Source of the DNA: Candidatus Altiarchaeota archaeon
Lineage (GTDB): Archaea > Altiarchaeota > Altiarchaeia > IMC4 > SCGC-AAA252-I15
Assembly: GCA_043804895.1 (NCBI GenBank)
Contig: JAZDIN010000025.1
Location: 32,001 to 96,000 of the forward strand
Length of the DNA: 64,000 nucleotides
Direction: 5' to 3'
The position numbers and the translations under genes were made by a program. Shown one piece after another: positions 18,611-28,988 of this stretch (the stretch's first letter is position 1; each line of letters begins with the position of its first letter). The notes beneath the pieces were generated by a model. That model saw only the letters and a list, made by a program, of their open reading frames with translations. It had not been told where the DNA came from and searched no databases.

Positions 18611-19782
18611 TACCTAATGCACCCACCATAGACTTTGATTGTGTCGGCAACCATCTTCTCCCTGCTGAAGCCCTCCTCTATTGTCTTGCGTGCTGAACTT
18701 CCAAGTCGCCTTGCCAGTTTCTCATTTTCAAGGACTTCAATCAACCTATTAGCAAGCGTGTCAATGTCTTTAGGCTTGACCAGTAAACCGTTAACGCCGT
18801 CGGTGATTACTGACGGAATCCCCCCAATCTCAGAGGCTATTACCGGTTTCCCGCAGGCCATAGCCTCAAGTTCAATTAAAGGCAGACCCTCAACACGGAT
18901 GGTAGGTATTATGAAAGCTTCACAGGCGTTGTAGTAGTCTGCCAATCCCTCGTGTTGGACCTTTCCCATGAATGTGACATTTTTTCCAAGTTTCAGTCTG
19001 ATAGTCCGTTGTTCTAAACTCTTACGGTAAGGTCCGTCCCCGACTACTATGAGATGCGCGTTTGGAATCCTATCAACAAGCTTTGCGAGAGCCTCAATGA
19101 GGTACTGCACACCCTTCTGCCTGTGCAGGACCGAGACGCTAAGAATAATCCTCTCTCCTGGATACTCCCCCATAACCTTGCTAGCATACGATCTAAATAC
19201 TGTAGTGTCAATGCCATTGTATATGGTTTTAACCGTGTCCTTGGCTATGTTGAATTCTTTTGGTATATCCTCACTGAGTTCCTTGCTTATAGCTATCACC
19301 GCCTCGCTTTCCTTTATGAATTCTTTTGTCCAGTAATAGTGGTTAAAGGTATGGAACAGAATTTTCGGAAATAGCATCAGACTGAAACCCTGGTTGATGA
19401 TGCTTCGGATTTCGCTCAATGACGTTCCATGCATCGTCGTGATCAAAGGCACTCCCAGCCTCTTTTTGATTCCATCGCGCACGTAATAGAAGGCAGCTGT
19501 AGACTGGCTGTGTACGACGTCAAATTTCTTTTCCCTGTGTAGTTCTTCCAGTTTATTCAAGGCTTTCCTACCAAGTGGTTTCTTGCTTGTTGCATCGACG
19601 TCCGTATAATAGATTTCGACTCCGTCCACGGACTCATGCATAATCCCACTCGGGTGCCTGCTCGTTATGACTATAACCTCATGTCCGGATTTTGCTATAC
19701 CTTTCGCCAAATCCATGGCGTGTATCTCCATCCCACCCAGAACGTGAGACGGCAACAGCATCGTGAACATGCAAACTCTCAT
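18610..19782 (-). CDS. Glycosyltransferase family 4
   Basis: GGMEIH and EGLPLIELEAMACGKP. Likely start is ATG 19782. Confidence 0.9.
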   Translation of the reverse strand: MRVCMFTMLLPSHVLGGMEIHAMDLAKGIAKSGHEVIVITSRHPSGIMHESVDGVEIYYTDVDATSKKPLGRKALNKLEELHREKKFDVVHSQSTAAFYYVRDGIKKRLGVPLITTMHGTSLSEIRSIINQGFSLMLFPKILFHTFNHYYWTKEFIKESEAVIAISKELSEDIPKEFNIAKDTVKTIYNGIDTTVFRSYASKVMGEYPGERIILSVSVLHRQKGVQYLIEALAKLVDRIPNAHLIVVGDGPYRKSLEQRTIRLKLGKNVTFMGKVQHEGLADYYNACEAFIIPTIRVEGLPLIELEAMACGKPVIASEIGGIPSVITDGVNGLLVKPKDIDTLANRLIEVLENEKLARRLGSSARKTIEEGFSREKMVADTIKVYGGCIR

Positions 19783-19790
19783 TACAAATA

Positions 19791-19863
19791 CGCGAGGATA
19801 TTCGCTAGACTGCAGTCTAGCGAATGTGTGCGAGCATGGCTCGCCCACATTCCCTTTACTCGC
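19791..19863. repeat. Perfect 26-bp palindrome plus overlapping hairpin
   Basis: ATTCGCTAGACTGCAGTCTAGCGAAT at 19800-19825; GAATGTG-T-GCGAGC-ATG-GCTCGC-C-CACATTC at 19822-19852. Confidence 0.85.
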
Positions 19864-19935
19864 TTGCACCTCCTACGTGTTTTCGACTGTTTGACATTTT
19901 AAGTGTTAATACTGACGCCTTTAAGATTCGGTCAT

Positions 19936-20997
19936 TTATTTTATGCCGCTGAAACCTATGTCGTCCCTGAAGTTCTTCCTCCCAATATCGTCCTCCCTCC
20001 TCCTGTTAAGCTTTAGTTTGGAGTATCCTTCCCCCTCCAACCAACCCCTAACCTCGCCTTCGGTGTGGAAGTGCTCGTACTCTGGGCTCCACCAATCGAA
20101 GGTGTCAGCCCACCGCTCTTCCGGGTAAGGCCTCTTTGAAATGAAGAAGAAAAGCCTTCCCACCTGCAGCCTAAGCCATTCGTTACCTATACCCCTCACG
20201 AGCCCCCCCAGCGGAACCCCAACCCAAGAGAGCCTCCATAACATCCATATAGGCATCCGTGTAGTGAAGACCCTGATTACATTGTTTAAGAACATCGAAA
20301 GAGGACTCCTCTTACGGTAGACCCACACCGCTAGCAGGCCGCCTCTTTTCACCATCTTTGATATGCATTTGAACGCGCCTTTCGGGTCGGGTGTGTGGTG
20401 TAACACACCAATGCTATAAACGAAGTCGAATGTACCCTCCCTAAGTGGGATGTTGAAGAGGTCGGCTTGGACGACGTGCACCCTCCCGACCCCTCGTGTA
20501 TTCTCATAAGCGCTTTCAACTGCCTGGCTTAAGTCCACGGCCACGATCTCTGCCCCATGTTTGGCGGCTACTAGGCTGTATCTGCCGTAGCCGCATCCTC
20601 CATCCAGGCACAATTTTCCTTTTAGGAATTTCTCGTCAACCCCTGTCTTATCGAAGAATATGGGGCTTTCTTCCATTTCGTTTATAATTTTGTACTTGGT
20701 CCACTGGAATCCAAAGCTCTTGCTGGTGCTCTCCTTAAACTTCTTGAACTCCTGGATGTCTCTATCGGATACTATTCCCTCCGGTAGTTTGTCTCTGTAT
20801 CTCTCAGCAAAGGAAGGATGTTCCTTTAGGGTGTTGGGGAGAATTCTTGGAATCCCTCCGATAATGGGGTACCAGTTTCCGCAATTGCATGTGAGTAGCC
20901 CGTCGACAATCTCCTCCTTGTTATACAAAAATGGCGTGCACTTGAAATCTCCTTTGCAACTTGGGCAGGCCAAGAAATCAAGCAACCTACGGTCCAT
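19936..20997 (-). CDS. Trm112-like domain fused to class I SAM methyltransferase
   Basis: LDFLACPSCKG...LTCNCGNWYPIIGGIPRIL, then LDGGCGYG and GVLHHTPDP. Confidence 0.85.
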   Translation of the reverse strand: MDRRLLDFLACPSCKGDFKCTPFLYNKEEIVDGLLTCNCGNWYPIIGGIPRILPNTLKEHPSFAERYRDKLPEGIVSDRDIQEFKKFKESTSKSFGFQWTKYKIINEMEESPIFFDKTGVDEKFLKGKLCLDGGCGYGRYSLVAAKHGAEIVAVDLSQAVESAYENTRGVGRVHVVQADLFNIPLREGTFDFVYSIGVLHHTPDPKGAFKCISKMVKRGGLLAVWVYRKRSPLSMFLNNVIRVFTTRMPIWMLWRLSWVGVPLGGLVRGIGNEWLRLQVGRLFFFISKRPYPEERWADTFDWWSPEYEHFHTEGEVRGWLEGEGYSKLKLNRRREDDIGRKNFRDDIGFSGIK

Positions 20998-21032
20998 ACT
21001 AACTACATGTATTGTGTATATAATATAAGCCT

Positions 21033-22901
21033 CTACAGGCTCCCTGGTGGCATTCCATCGATGTACATCCTCTGCCACAGTTCCAGTGTGATGAGGGCCC
21101 ATATCTGGTGCCCCCTCCACAGGTTTTTTGGTTTTCCGAGGAGTGCTTGGACCTTATCGGGCCTAAGTATCCCTCGTCTTCTCACATTTTCCTTTGATAA
21201 TATGTCATGCGCAAACTCGCGCAGTTCGTTGAGCATCCAGTGGTGCATCGGCACCCGGAATCCCTGCTTTTTGCGTGCAAGTATCTCCTTAGGTAGCCTA
21301 TCCCTCATAAGCCTCTTGAGTATGTACTTGTCTGTGGAGCCCCTCAGCTTCATATGGGCTGGAAGCGACATGGTGTATTCGAGGAGTTTGTGGTCTAGGA
21401 GGGGTACGCGGCCCTCTATCGCCCACGCCATGCTAGTCTTATCAAGTTTCATGAGTAGGTCCTCTGGGACCCACGTCTTCAAGTCAACGTATTGTAAGCG
21501 GCTGAGGAACGTCGGCATGTTCCGTGCCCTGAAGCACTGGCGTACTGTGCTGAGGGAGTCGACGCTGGCGTTCGCCTTCTGGAACTCCCCAGTATAATAC
21601 TCACCCCTCTCCTCCTCGTCTAGGACGTGGCCCTGACCCAAGTAGACCTTTTCCTCGTCTGCAGCTGAGATATACCTTAAGTATCTTTTACCTCGTGTGA
21701 ATCCGGGGATATTTTTTATCGCGTATGGTATGACATTATCCTTCATCACAGGGGGCAGGATATTGCGCATGCGGTCGCCTACGTTGAGTAGTTTGTATGT
21801 TCTGTAGCCTGCGAATGCCTCGTCTCCGCCTTCGCCCGTGAGTACTACCGTCACCTTCCTTTTCGCCCGTTCAGACAGGAAATATGTCGGCACAGCCGCA
21901 GGGTCGCCGATGGGTTCATCCAGATGCCATATCACCAATGGAAGGGACTTCAGCGCATGATGGGAGTCGATAATGATCTCATGATGGTCTGTTCTATAGT
22001 GGTCTGCCACAGTCTTCGCGTATTTCACCTCATCAACGTCCTCGTACCCGAATCCTACGCTAAACGTCTTCACAGGTTCAGGCATCATCGACGTCATCAT
22101 GTCAACCATTGTGCTTGAGTCAAGGCCGCCTGAGAGATAGGCGCCGAGTGACACGTCGCTCATCAGGCGCATCCTCACGCAATCCGAAAGTAGCGCATCA
22201 AGTTCTTTAAGGCACTGGCTTTCGCTGACATCATGCAGTTGAGCCTTAAGGTCCCAGTATTGGGTGACGTTGGTCTTGCCACCCTCGCGCACTAGCATGT
22301 GGCCTGGCTGTAGTTTCATCACCCCCTCAAGTGCAGTTTGCATTCCTGGGACATACTGGAGGGTGAGGTAATAGTGGATTGCCTTCTTGTTCAACGCCGG
22401 ATTTAAGCCATCATACTCTAAAAGCGCCTTCACTTCCGAGGCGAACAGGAACGCTCCATCCTTTTCAAAGTAGTAGACTGGTTTTATGCCTAACCTGTCT
22501 CTTGCTAGGACGAGCCTCTTCTTGGACGCATCCCAGAGGGCGATTGCGAACATCCCCCTCAGGTGTTCGACAAAAAGTGGACCATGTTCCTCATACAGGT
22601 GCACGATGACCTCCGTGTCGGTGTTTGTCCTGAACTTGTGGCCTTCAGCCTCGAGTTCTCTCCTCAGTTCAAGGTAGTTGTAAATCTCCCCATTGTATAT
22701 CGTGACCACATCACCTTCCTCGTTGAATATCGGCTGCTTCCCTGTTGAAAGGTCTATGATGGAAAGGCGCAGGTGGCCGAGCATCACGTCTGAATCATGG
22801 TATTCGCCGCAGTCATCTGGGCCCCTATGGTGGACTGTATCCATCATATCCCTGAGCAGTCCCCTGTCCTCAAAACCCATTATCCCCACAATACCACACA
22901 C
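21033..22901 (-). CDS. asnB: Second AsnB-family glutamine amidotransferase
   Basis: GTG start at 22901 gives MCGIVG with the Ntn Cys at position 2; HRGPD, LSGGLDSS and GEGGDE. Confidence 0.93.
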   Translation of the reverse strand: MCGIVGIMGFEDRGLLRDMMDTVHHRGPDDCGEYHDSDVMLGHLRLSIIDLSTGKQPIFNEEGDVVTIYNGEIYNYLELRRELEAEGHKFRTNTDTEVIVHLYEEHGPLFVEHLRGMFAIALWDASKKRLVLARDRLGIKPVYYFEKDGAFLFASEVKALLEYDGLNPALNKKAIHYYLTLQYVPGMQTALEGVMKLQPGHMLVREGGKTNVTQYWDLKAQLHDVSESQCLKELDALLSDCVRMRLMSDVSLGAYLSGGLDSSTMVDMMTSMMPEPVKTFSVGFGYEDVDEVKYAKTVADHYRTDHHEIIIDSHHALKSLPLVIWHLDEPIGDPAAVPTYFLSERAKRKVTVVLTGEGGDEAFAGYRTYKLLNVGDRMRNILPPVMKDNVIPYAIKNIPGFTRGKRYLRYISAADEEKVYLGQGHVLDEEERGEYYTGEFQKANASVDSLSTVRQCFRARNMPTFLSRLQYVDLKTWVPEDLLMKLDKTSMAWAIEGRVPLLDHKLLEYTMSLPAHMKLRGSTDKYILKRLMRDRLPKEILARKKQGFRVPMHHWMLNELREFAHDILSKENVRRRGILRPDKVQALLGKPKNLWRGHQIWALITLELWQRMYIDGMPPGSL

Positions 22902-22903
22902 CG

Positions 22904-24013
22904 TCAATCACCAATCAACTCATCGTATATTCCTTCAAGCTTCGCAGCCTGTTTTTTAATGTTAAACTCCGATTCAACATGCTTCCTCCCCTCCACACCC
23001 ATCTTATCACATAGGTTGGTGTTATCTATAAGCCTGATCATTGCACTGCCAAGGCTCTTAATATCCCTCTCCTCAACCACAATGCCCGTTTTACCCTCCA
23101 ATACAAGCTCTGGTATCCCAGCGTGTCGTGTTGAGACAACTGGCATACCGGTTGCGGCGGCTTCCATAAGCACATTTGGTATCCCCTCCTTCTCTCCATC
23201 CGGTGTGGTGAATGATTGGAGCACGAAGATGTGGGATTTTAACATCTCTTCAATAACCTTATGATGCGGTAAAGCGCCGAACAAATCAACATCGTCTAAG
23301 ACACGGAGCTCCTTAGCCCTCCGTTCAATAACATCCCTGTAGGGGCCTTCGCCGACAATCTTCAGCCGCGTATTAGGGCGGCTCTCATGTACTTGTGCGA
23401 ATGCCTCGACTGCGTCTTGGACGCCCTTGTTTTCCGCCAGTCTTGCCACTGTCAGAAATACAGTCCTATCTGATGGTTGCCTCTTCACGTATTGGAATTC
23501 ATCCAAGTTTATCCCAGAGTGGTGGACCATTACCTTACCCTCAGGGCAGCCCATCCTGACAAGGTCCTTTTTCATGTCATACGAGCGAGCTAGGAAAATG
23601 TCCCCCTCCTTGAATAGCAGGTCGTACATTCCCGGCTTCCTTGACGGGAAAAGTGACGCATCAATGCCCCTGAACGACGTAACAAGCGGGATAATATGCC
23701 TCCTCTTTAGGGAAAGCATTCTCAACCCGGTGGGGCCGTAATGGGCGTGCAAAAGCCTTACATCCTCCCGCTCTATTACCTGTGAGAAGTGCGGGCACCC
23801 TAGGTGAAAATGCAGGTATGCGCCGTTAATGAGATAGCTTATGGGATTCAAGTCCGAAATGCTTCGCAAACCAGCGTAAGGGAAAGACTCCAGGTTCTTT
23901 TTTTGCGCGCAGAACACCAAAACCCTGTAAGATGTGATGCTAGTTATCTCGTTGTATATGAATGTTTCCGTCAGCGGCAGGTACCTGAGCCTCACGTGCG
24001 CTATGGTCTCCAT
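22904..24013 (-). CDS. Glycosyltransferase family 4 (WcaL-like)
   Basis: LPLTETFIYNE, HAHYG and EGIPNVLMEAAATGMP. Confidence 0.9.
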   Translation of the reverse strand: METIAHVRLRYLPLTETFIYNEITSITSYRVLVFCAQKKNLESFPYAGLRSISDLNPISYLINGAYLHFHLGCPHFSQVIEREDVRLLHAHYGPTGLRMLSLKRRHIIPLVTSFRGIDASLFPSRKPGMYDLLFKEGDIFLARSYDMKKDLVRMGCPEGKVMVHHSGINLDEFQYVKRQPSDRTVFLTVARLAENKGVQDAVEAFAQVHESRPNTRLKIVGEGPYRDVIERRAKELRVLDDVDLFGALPHHKVIEEMLKSHIFVLQSFTTPDGEKEGIPNVLMEAAATGMPVVSTRHAGIPELVLEGKTGIVVEERDIKSLGSAMIRLIDNTNLCDKMGVEGRKHVESEFNIKKQAAKLEGIYDELIGD

Positions 24014-24068
24014 CTTGGTTAACTATCCTCCGGATATTTTAAAAGGAGCGACTAAAGACTAAACTGAC

Positions 24069-24845
24069 ATGAAAGTTGTTATACTCTGCGGTGGCCGCGG
24101 AACTCGGCTAAGGGAGGAGACAGAGTACAAGCCAAAGCCCCTGGTTGAGGTAGGCGGCAGGCCCCTACTCTGGCACCTAATGCACATCTATGCGAAATAC
24201 GGGTTTAAAGAGTTTGTTCTGTGCCTCGGGTACAAGGGGAACTTGATCAAGGAGTATTTCCTTAATTACGATGCCATGAACAACGACTTCACAATACACC
24301 TTGGTGACCGGAAGGAGATTGCGGTGCACAGCATGCACCGCGAGCATGACTGGCGTGTAACCCTAGCTGACACCGACGAGGAGTCACTAACTGGCACAAG
24401 GATTAAGAAGATAGAAAAGTACATTGACAGCGACACGTTCATGTTAACATACGGAGATGGACTGGCAGACGTCGATATAAAAAAACTACTTGAATTCCAC
24501 AAATCCCATGGGAAGATCGGGACCATCACTGGAGTGCACCCCTCATCACGCTTCGGTGAGATACAAGCCGAGGGGGGCAGGGTATTGTCCTTCCACGAGA
24601 AACCAAGTTCATTCTCAGGGCTTATAAACGGCGGATTCTTCGTCTTCGATAAAAAGTTCTTCAGGTACCTAGACCTGGAAAAGAATCAAGCCCTAGAGGC
24701 AAAGCCCCTCGTTGAACTATCACGTGAGGGTGAGCTTATGGTCTTCAAGCATGAGGGGTTCTGGCAATGCATGGACACCTACCGGGAGGTCGAGATTCTG
24801 AACAACTTATGGAACTCTGGAAAACCTCCCTGGAAAATCTGGTGA
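24069..24845 (+). CDS. rfbF: Glucose-1-phosphate cytidylyltransferase
   Basis: ILCGGRGTRLREET..KPKP, LTYGDG, INGGFF and FWQCMDT. Confidence 0.93.
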   Translation: MKVVILCGGRGTRLREETEYKPKPLVEVGGRPLLWHLMHIYAKYGFKEFVLCLGYKGNLIKEYFLNYDAMNNDFTIHLGDRKEIAVHSMHREHDWRVTLADTDEESLTGTRIKKIEKYIDSDTFMLTYGDGLADVDIKKLLEFHKSHGKIGTITGVHPSSRFGEIQAEGGRVLSFHEKPSSFSGLINGGFFVFDKKFFRYLDLEKNQALEAKPLVELSREGELMVFKHEGFWQCMDTYREVEILNNLWNSGKPPWKIW

Positions 24846-24898
24846 AATGCCTTTAACTTCTCTTTAAAACCCTTAACTGTTAAATAATTTAAAGTAAA

Positions 24899-25897
24899 AT
24901 GGATGACAGGTTTTGGAGGGACAGAAATGTCTTCGTGACCGGTTGCACTGGCTTCCTCGGGTCGTGGCTTACGAAAGCATTGGTTGATCGAGGGGCTAAT
25001 GTCACCGGACTTATTCGTGACTGGATTCCAAAATCCAACCTGGTACTGACCGGATACAACGAAAAGGTTAGTGTCGTGAGGGGAGCGGTCGAGGATTATC
25101 CACTACTGGAAAGAACGCTGAACGAATATGAAATAGATACAGTATTCCACCTGGCAGCTCAGACCATAGTAACAATAGCTAATAGGGGCCCGTTATCGAC
25201 ATTCGAGACCAACATAAAAGGAAGCTGGAGCCTGCTCGAGGCCAGTAGGAGGGCTCCTCTTGTCAGGCGCATCATATGCGCCTCAAGCGACAAGGCATAC
25301 GGAAACCAGATACGGCTTCCCTACAGCGAGGACACACCTCTTGAGGGCAGGCATCCGTACGACGTCTCCAAGAGTTGCGAAGACCTAATCGCTAGATCAT
25401 ACTTCGAGACCTACGGCCTCCCGGTCTGCGTCACAAGGTGCGGGAACTTCTTTGGCGGCGGGGACTTGAATTTCAACAGGATCGTGCCCGGGACGATACG
25501 TTCTGTAAACTACGGTGAGAGGCCACTGATTCGAAGCGATGGAAAATCCACTAGGGATTACATATACATAGAGGACGCTGTAGAAGCCTATATGCTCTTG
25601 GCTGAGCGGATGGGCGACAAAAAAATCCACGGCGAGGCGTTAAACTTCAGCAACGAGAAGCCGATGACAGTCAAAGGGCTGGTGGAAAGGATAATCAAGA
25701 TTATGGGAAGTGACCTCAGACCGGTAATACTGGACGAGGCATCCAACGAGATACGGCACCAGTACCTTTCTTCAAAAAAGGCGAGGAAAATTCTGAATTG
25801 GAAGCCACACTACGACTTTGAGGCGGGTATGAAAAGGACGATAGAATGGTATGTCGGATTCTTGAACGATGGGGTAGTCATCGGGGAGAAACACTGA
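24899..25897 (+). CDS. CDP-glucose 4,6-dehydratase-like SDR
   Basis: [29 protein letters not shown] and GGGDLNFNR; directly follows rfbF. Confidence 0.85.
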   Translation: MDDRFWRDRNVFVTGCTGFLGSWLTKALVDRGANVTGLIRDWIPKSNLVLTGYNEKVSVVRGAVEDYPLLERTLNEYEIDTVFHLAAQTIVTIANRGPLSTFETNIKGSWSLLEASRRAPLVRRIICASSDKAYGNQIRLPYSEDTPLEGRHPYDVSKSCEDLIARSYFETYGLPVCVTRCGNFFGGGDLNFNRIVPGTIRSVNYGERPLIRSDGKSTRDYIYIEDAVEAYMLLAERMGDKKIHGEALNFSNEKPMTVKGLVERIIKIMGSDLRPVILDEASNEIRHQYLSSKKARKILNWKPHYDFEAGMKRTIEWYVGFLNDGVVIGEKH

Positions 25898-25976
25898 TGG
25901 ACGAATGACTGTCCTCGCACGAAGACAACCCCCGGGAAGAATATTAAGGGATAATATACAAGTGTTGTGAAAGAAG

Positions 25977-27197
25977 ATGATTAAAGTTAAAAGGCGGGAG
26001 ACGTGTCGCATCTGTGGTTGCCATGACATGCGTAAGGTAATTAATTTTCCTGAATGCCCCCTAGTTGAGGATTTCAGGACAAAAAAGGATGTGGGTGGTG
26101 AATTCCTCTATCCTCTAACCATTTACGTGTGCGAAAGATGTAAGCAGATACAGACACTACACGATGTGGATGTGAGCGGCTACTATAAGGGTTTCATATA
26201 CTCCGTCGCAAGTTCGCCTTTCGCCAGACAGTTCATGAAGAATTTAGCAGGCTCACTCTTTGAGAGATACAACCTGAAGAAGGGAGCGTCCGTCCTTGAG
26301 ATAGGCAGCGGTGACGGTTTCCAGTTGTCTTGCTTCCAAGACATTGGGGCTAGGGTGTACGGTATAGAACCCTCCAAGCCTCTTGTTGATATAAGCTTGG
26401 AAAGGGGGGTCCCAGTCATACAAGCGCTTTTCTCCAATGATGTCCTTGACAGAATACCCAAAGAACTCTTCCCATTTCAGGTGGTCCTTCTGACCTACAC
26501 ATTCGACCACCTTACTGACCCCTTATCCTTCCTTGTCTCAATAAGAGATTTCATAGACCAGAAGAAGGGTCTTCTGGTACTTGAGGTGCACGATCTTCCG
26601 AAGATAATGGAACGAAGAGAGTACTGCCTTTTCGGTCACGAGCACCCATGCTATTTCAGCGTTGACACAATACGCAACGTCCTTGTTGAGGGTGGGTTCG
26701 AGCTTGTTGACTGCGAACTTCTACCTGAAAGCCAAAGACGCGGGAACTCGTTGCTTGTCGTGGCAAAGCCTGCCGCTGACCCACAAAAAACCCCGAAACA
26801 CCTAATCTATCCCAAATTACAACGACTAGAAGCCTATGATGCGTTCGGGCATCAGGTGGAGAATAGCCTGTACAATTTTAGAAACCAGGTAATCGAAGAT
26901 AAAAAAATAGGCACAACGTTCGCTGGATATGGGGCTGGAGGAAGGGGGGTTCTTACCCTGGCGATGACGGGTCTTAAGTCAGATGATATAGGATACCTAT
27001 GCGACAAGAATGAGAAATTCTACGGGTACTACACTCCCAAGTCACATGTGCCGATAGTGCCGCTTGAACACGCGCTTGAGAACATGGTCGATAAAATGAT
27101 CGTGTTTTCATACGGATACATGAAGGACATATCACAAGACATGTCAGGATTTACAAAAAGCGGGGGCATTCTGATACCCCTGCTGGAGCTACTCTAA
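25977..27197 (+). CDS. NDP-sugar C-methyltransferase-like protein
   Basis: N-terminal CRICG...CERC zinc region, LEIGSGDG, HEH and C-terminal GYGAGGRG. Confidence 0.82.
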   Translation: MIKVKRRETCRICGCHDMRKVINFPECPLVEDFRTKKDVGGEFLYPLTIYVCERCKQIQTLHDVDVSGYYKGFIYSVASSPFARQFMKNLAGSLFERYNLKKGASVLEIGSGDGFQLSCFQDIGARVYGIEPSKPLVDISLERGVPVIQALFSNDVLDRIPKELFPFQVVLLTYTFDHLTDPLSFLVSIRDFIDQKKGLLVLEVHDLPKIMERREYCLFGHEHPCYFSVDTIRNVLVEGGFELVDCELLPESQRRGNSLLVVAKPAADPQKTPKHLIYPKLQRLEAYDAFGHQVENSLYNFRNQVIEDKKIGTTFAGYGAGGRGVLTLAMTGLKSDDIGYLCDKNEKFYGYYTPKSHVPIVPLEHALENMVDKMIVFSYGYMKDISQDMSGFTKSGGILIPLLELL

Positions 27198-27198
27198 C

Positions 27199-28128
27199 AT
27201 GCGTGCTCTGATCAGCGGCGGAACAGGTTTTGTGGGCTCTCATCTGGTTCGCCGACTGGTCGGTGACGGATGGGATGTCTCGATTCTGGTCAGACGGGAA
27301 AGCGATACTTGGAGGATAAAGGATGTCCTGCGTGACGTTGCCGTCGTATATGGGGACCTGAGGAAACTAAGCGACTGCGAAGAGAAGATAAAATCGCTGA
27401 AACCTGAAGCACTCTTCCATCTTGCATGGCATGGCGCGGGCTCTAACAAGGATGCTAACAACATTGGACAGGTGTTCGACAACATCGATGGGAGCCTTAA
27501 GCTTGTGAAGGCTTGCGGTGAAACTGGATGCAGCTGCATGGTTGGGCTAGGTTCGGTCCTTGAGTACGGTAACTACAGCATCCCCGTCAAAGAGGATGGT
27601 ATAGCCACCCCAAAGACGCTATACGGAACAGCCAAATATGCAACAGGAGTTATCGCAGAGCGTTTATGTGCGCAATACGATATGAGATTCTCCTGGCTTA
27701 GGCTATTCTGGTCATACGGCCCAGCTGACATTGAGACCCGTATGATACCCTACGTGATAACGAGACTCCTTAAGGGTGAGACCCCCTCTCTGACTGAGGG
27801 GAGGCAGAAGTGGGACTACATCTATATTGACGACGCTGTGAACGCAGTGATTTCTGCAGCGGAAAATCAGAAGGCAAATGGATTCTTCAATCTCGGCTCT
27901 GGACAGGCTTATACAGTACGTCACGTCGCGGAAAAGGCAAGGGATCTCATTAACCCGAATCTGAAGCTTGGTTTGGGAAAGATACCCTACGCTCCCGGCC
28001 AGATTATGCACCTTGAGGCTGATATAAACTCCCTACGAACCGCGACAGGATGGAGTCCAAAAGTTGAGCTTGCCGATGGTTTGGCATCGACAATCTCATG
28101 GTATAAAAAACATATGGTGCGTTCATGA
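27199..28128 (+). CDS. NAD-dependent NDP-sugar epimerase/reductase
   Basis: GGTGFVG, HLAW and YGTAK (YxxxK). Confidence 0.88.
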   Translation: MRALISGGTGFVGSHLVRRLVGDGWDVSILVRRESDTWRIKDVLRDVAVVYGDLRKLSDCEEKIKSLKPEALFHLAWHGAGSNKDANNIGQVFDNIDGSLKLVKACGETGCSCMVGLGSVLEYGNYSIPVKEDGIATPKTLYGTAKYATGVIAERLCAQYDMRFSWLRLFWSYGPADIETRMIPYVITRLLKGETPSLTEGRQKWDYIYIDDAVNAVISAAENQKANGFFNLGSGQAYTVRHVAEKARDLINPNLKLGLGKIPYAPGQIMHLEADINSLRTATGWSPKVELADGLASTISWYKKHMVRS

Positions 28129-28982
28129 GCCTTAAGAGGAAGTCGTGTGACTCAAAAGCACTAGCCACGAGAGTGCGCGCGCATGCGCTCAACATGACAC
28201 ATAACGCCCGCGCCTCACACATCGGTTCGTCCCTTTCAGTCGCTGACATACTTACGGTACTTTACAGCAGAATACTCCGCATCGACCCGGCCAGACCAGA
28301 CTGGCCCATGCGTGACAGGTTCATACTAAGCAAGGGACATGCTGCCGCAGCACTTTACGCAGTGCTTTCAGAGTCAGGATTCCTTCAGAAAAACTCCCTG
28401 AAGACCTACTGCCAGGATGACTCGGCGCTTGGCGGCCACGCATCAATGAAGGTTTCGGGTGTAGACTTTTCAACTGGTTCACTTGGACACGGTCTTGCGA
28501 TAGGATCTGGGATGGCTCTTGCAGCCAAGCGGGATCGCTGCAGATACAGGGTTTTCGTTCTTTTAAGCGATGGCGAATGTAATGAGGGTTCAATCTGGGA
28601 GGCAGCAATGTTCGCTGCACACCACAGGTTGGATAATCTGACCGCTATTATAGACTATAACAAACTGCAGGCGTTTGGCCGAGTTGAGGATGTACTTGAC
28701 CTTGAGCCTCTCGCTGAGAAATGGAAGTCCTTCGGATGGTCAACCCAAGAGATTGATGGCCACAATCACGTTAAGATAGAAGGCGCTCTGAGTCGCGTTC
28801 CTCTCAAATCAGGTAAACCAAGCTGTATAATAGCGCACACAGTTAAAGGCAAGGGTGTCTCTTTCATGGAAGACCAACTTGACTGGCATTACAAGTCGCC
28901 TGACATAAAACAACTAACCTCAGCACTCATCGAGCTTGGGGTACCCAATAATGATCTCCCACCTTGGGGACAACGAAGATGA
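28125..28982 (+). CDS. Transketolase, N-terminal (TPP-binding) subunit
   Basis: SHIGSSLS, DRFILSKGH, TGSLGHG and SDGECNEG. Confidence 0.93.
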   Translation: MSLKRKSCDSKALATRVRAHALNMTHNARASHIGSSLSVADILTVLYSRILRIDPARPDWPMRDRFILSKGHAAAALYAVLSESGFLQKNSLKTYCQDDSALGGHASMKVSGVDFSTGSLGHGLAIGSGMALAAKRDRCRYRVFVLLSDGECNEGSIWEAAMFAAHHRLDNLTAIIDYNKLQAFGRVEDVLDLEPLAEKWKSFGWSTQEIDGHNHVKIEGALSRVPLKSGKPSCIIAHTVKGKGVSFMEDQLDWHYKSPDIKQLTSALIELGVPNNDLPPWGQRR

Positions 28983-28988
28983 AAAAAC

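Noticed and set aside
16715-22901. Recent tandem duplication of asnB
   Set aside because: The proteins share motifs but are clearly diverged, especially in the C-terminal halves.
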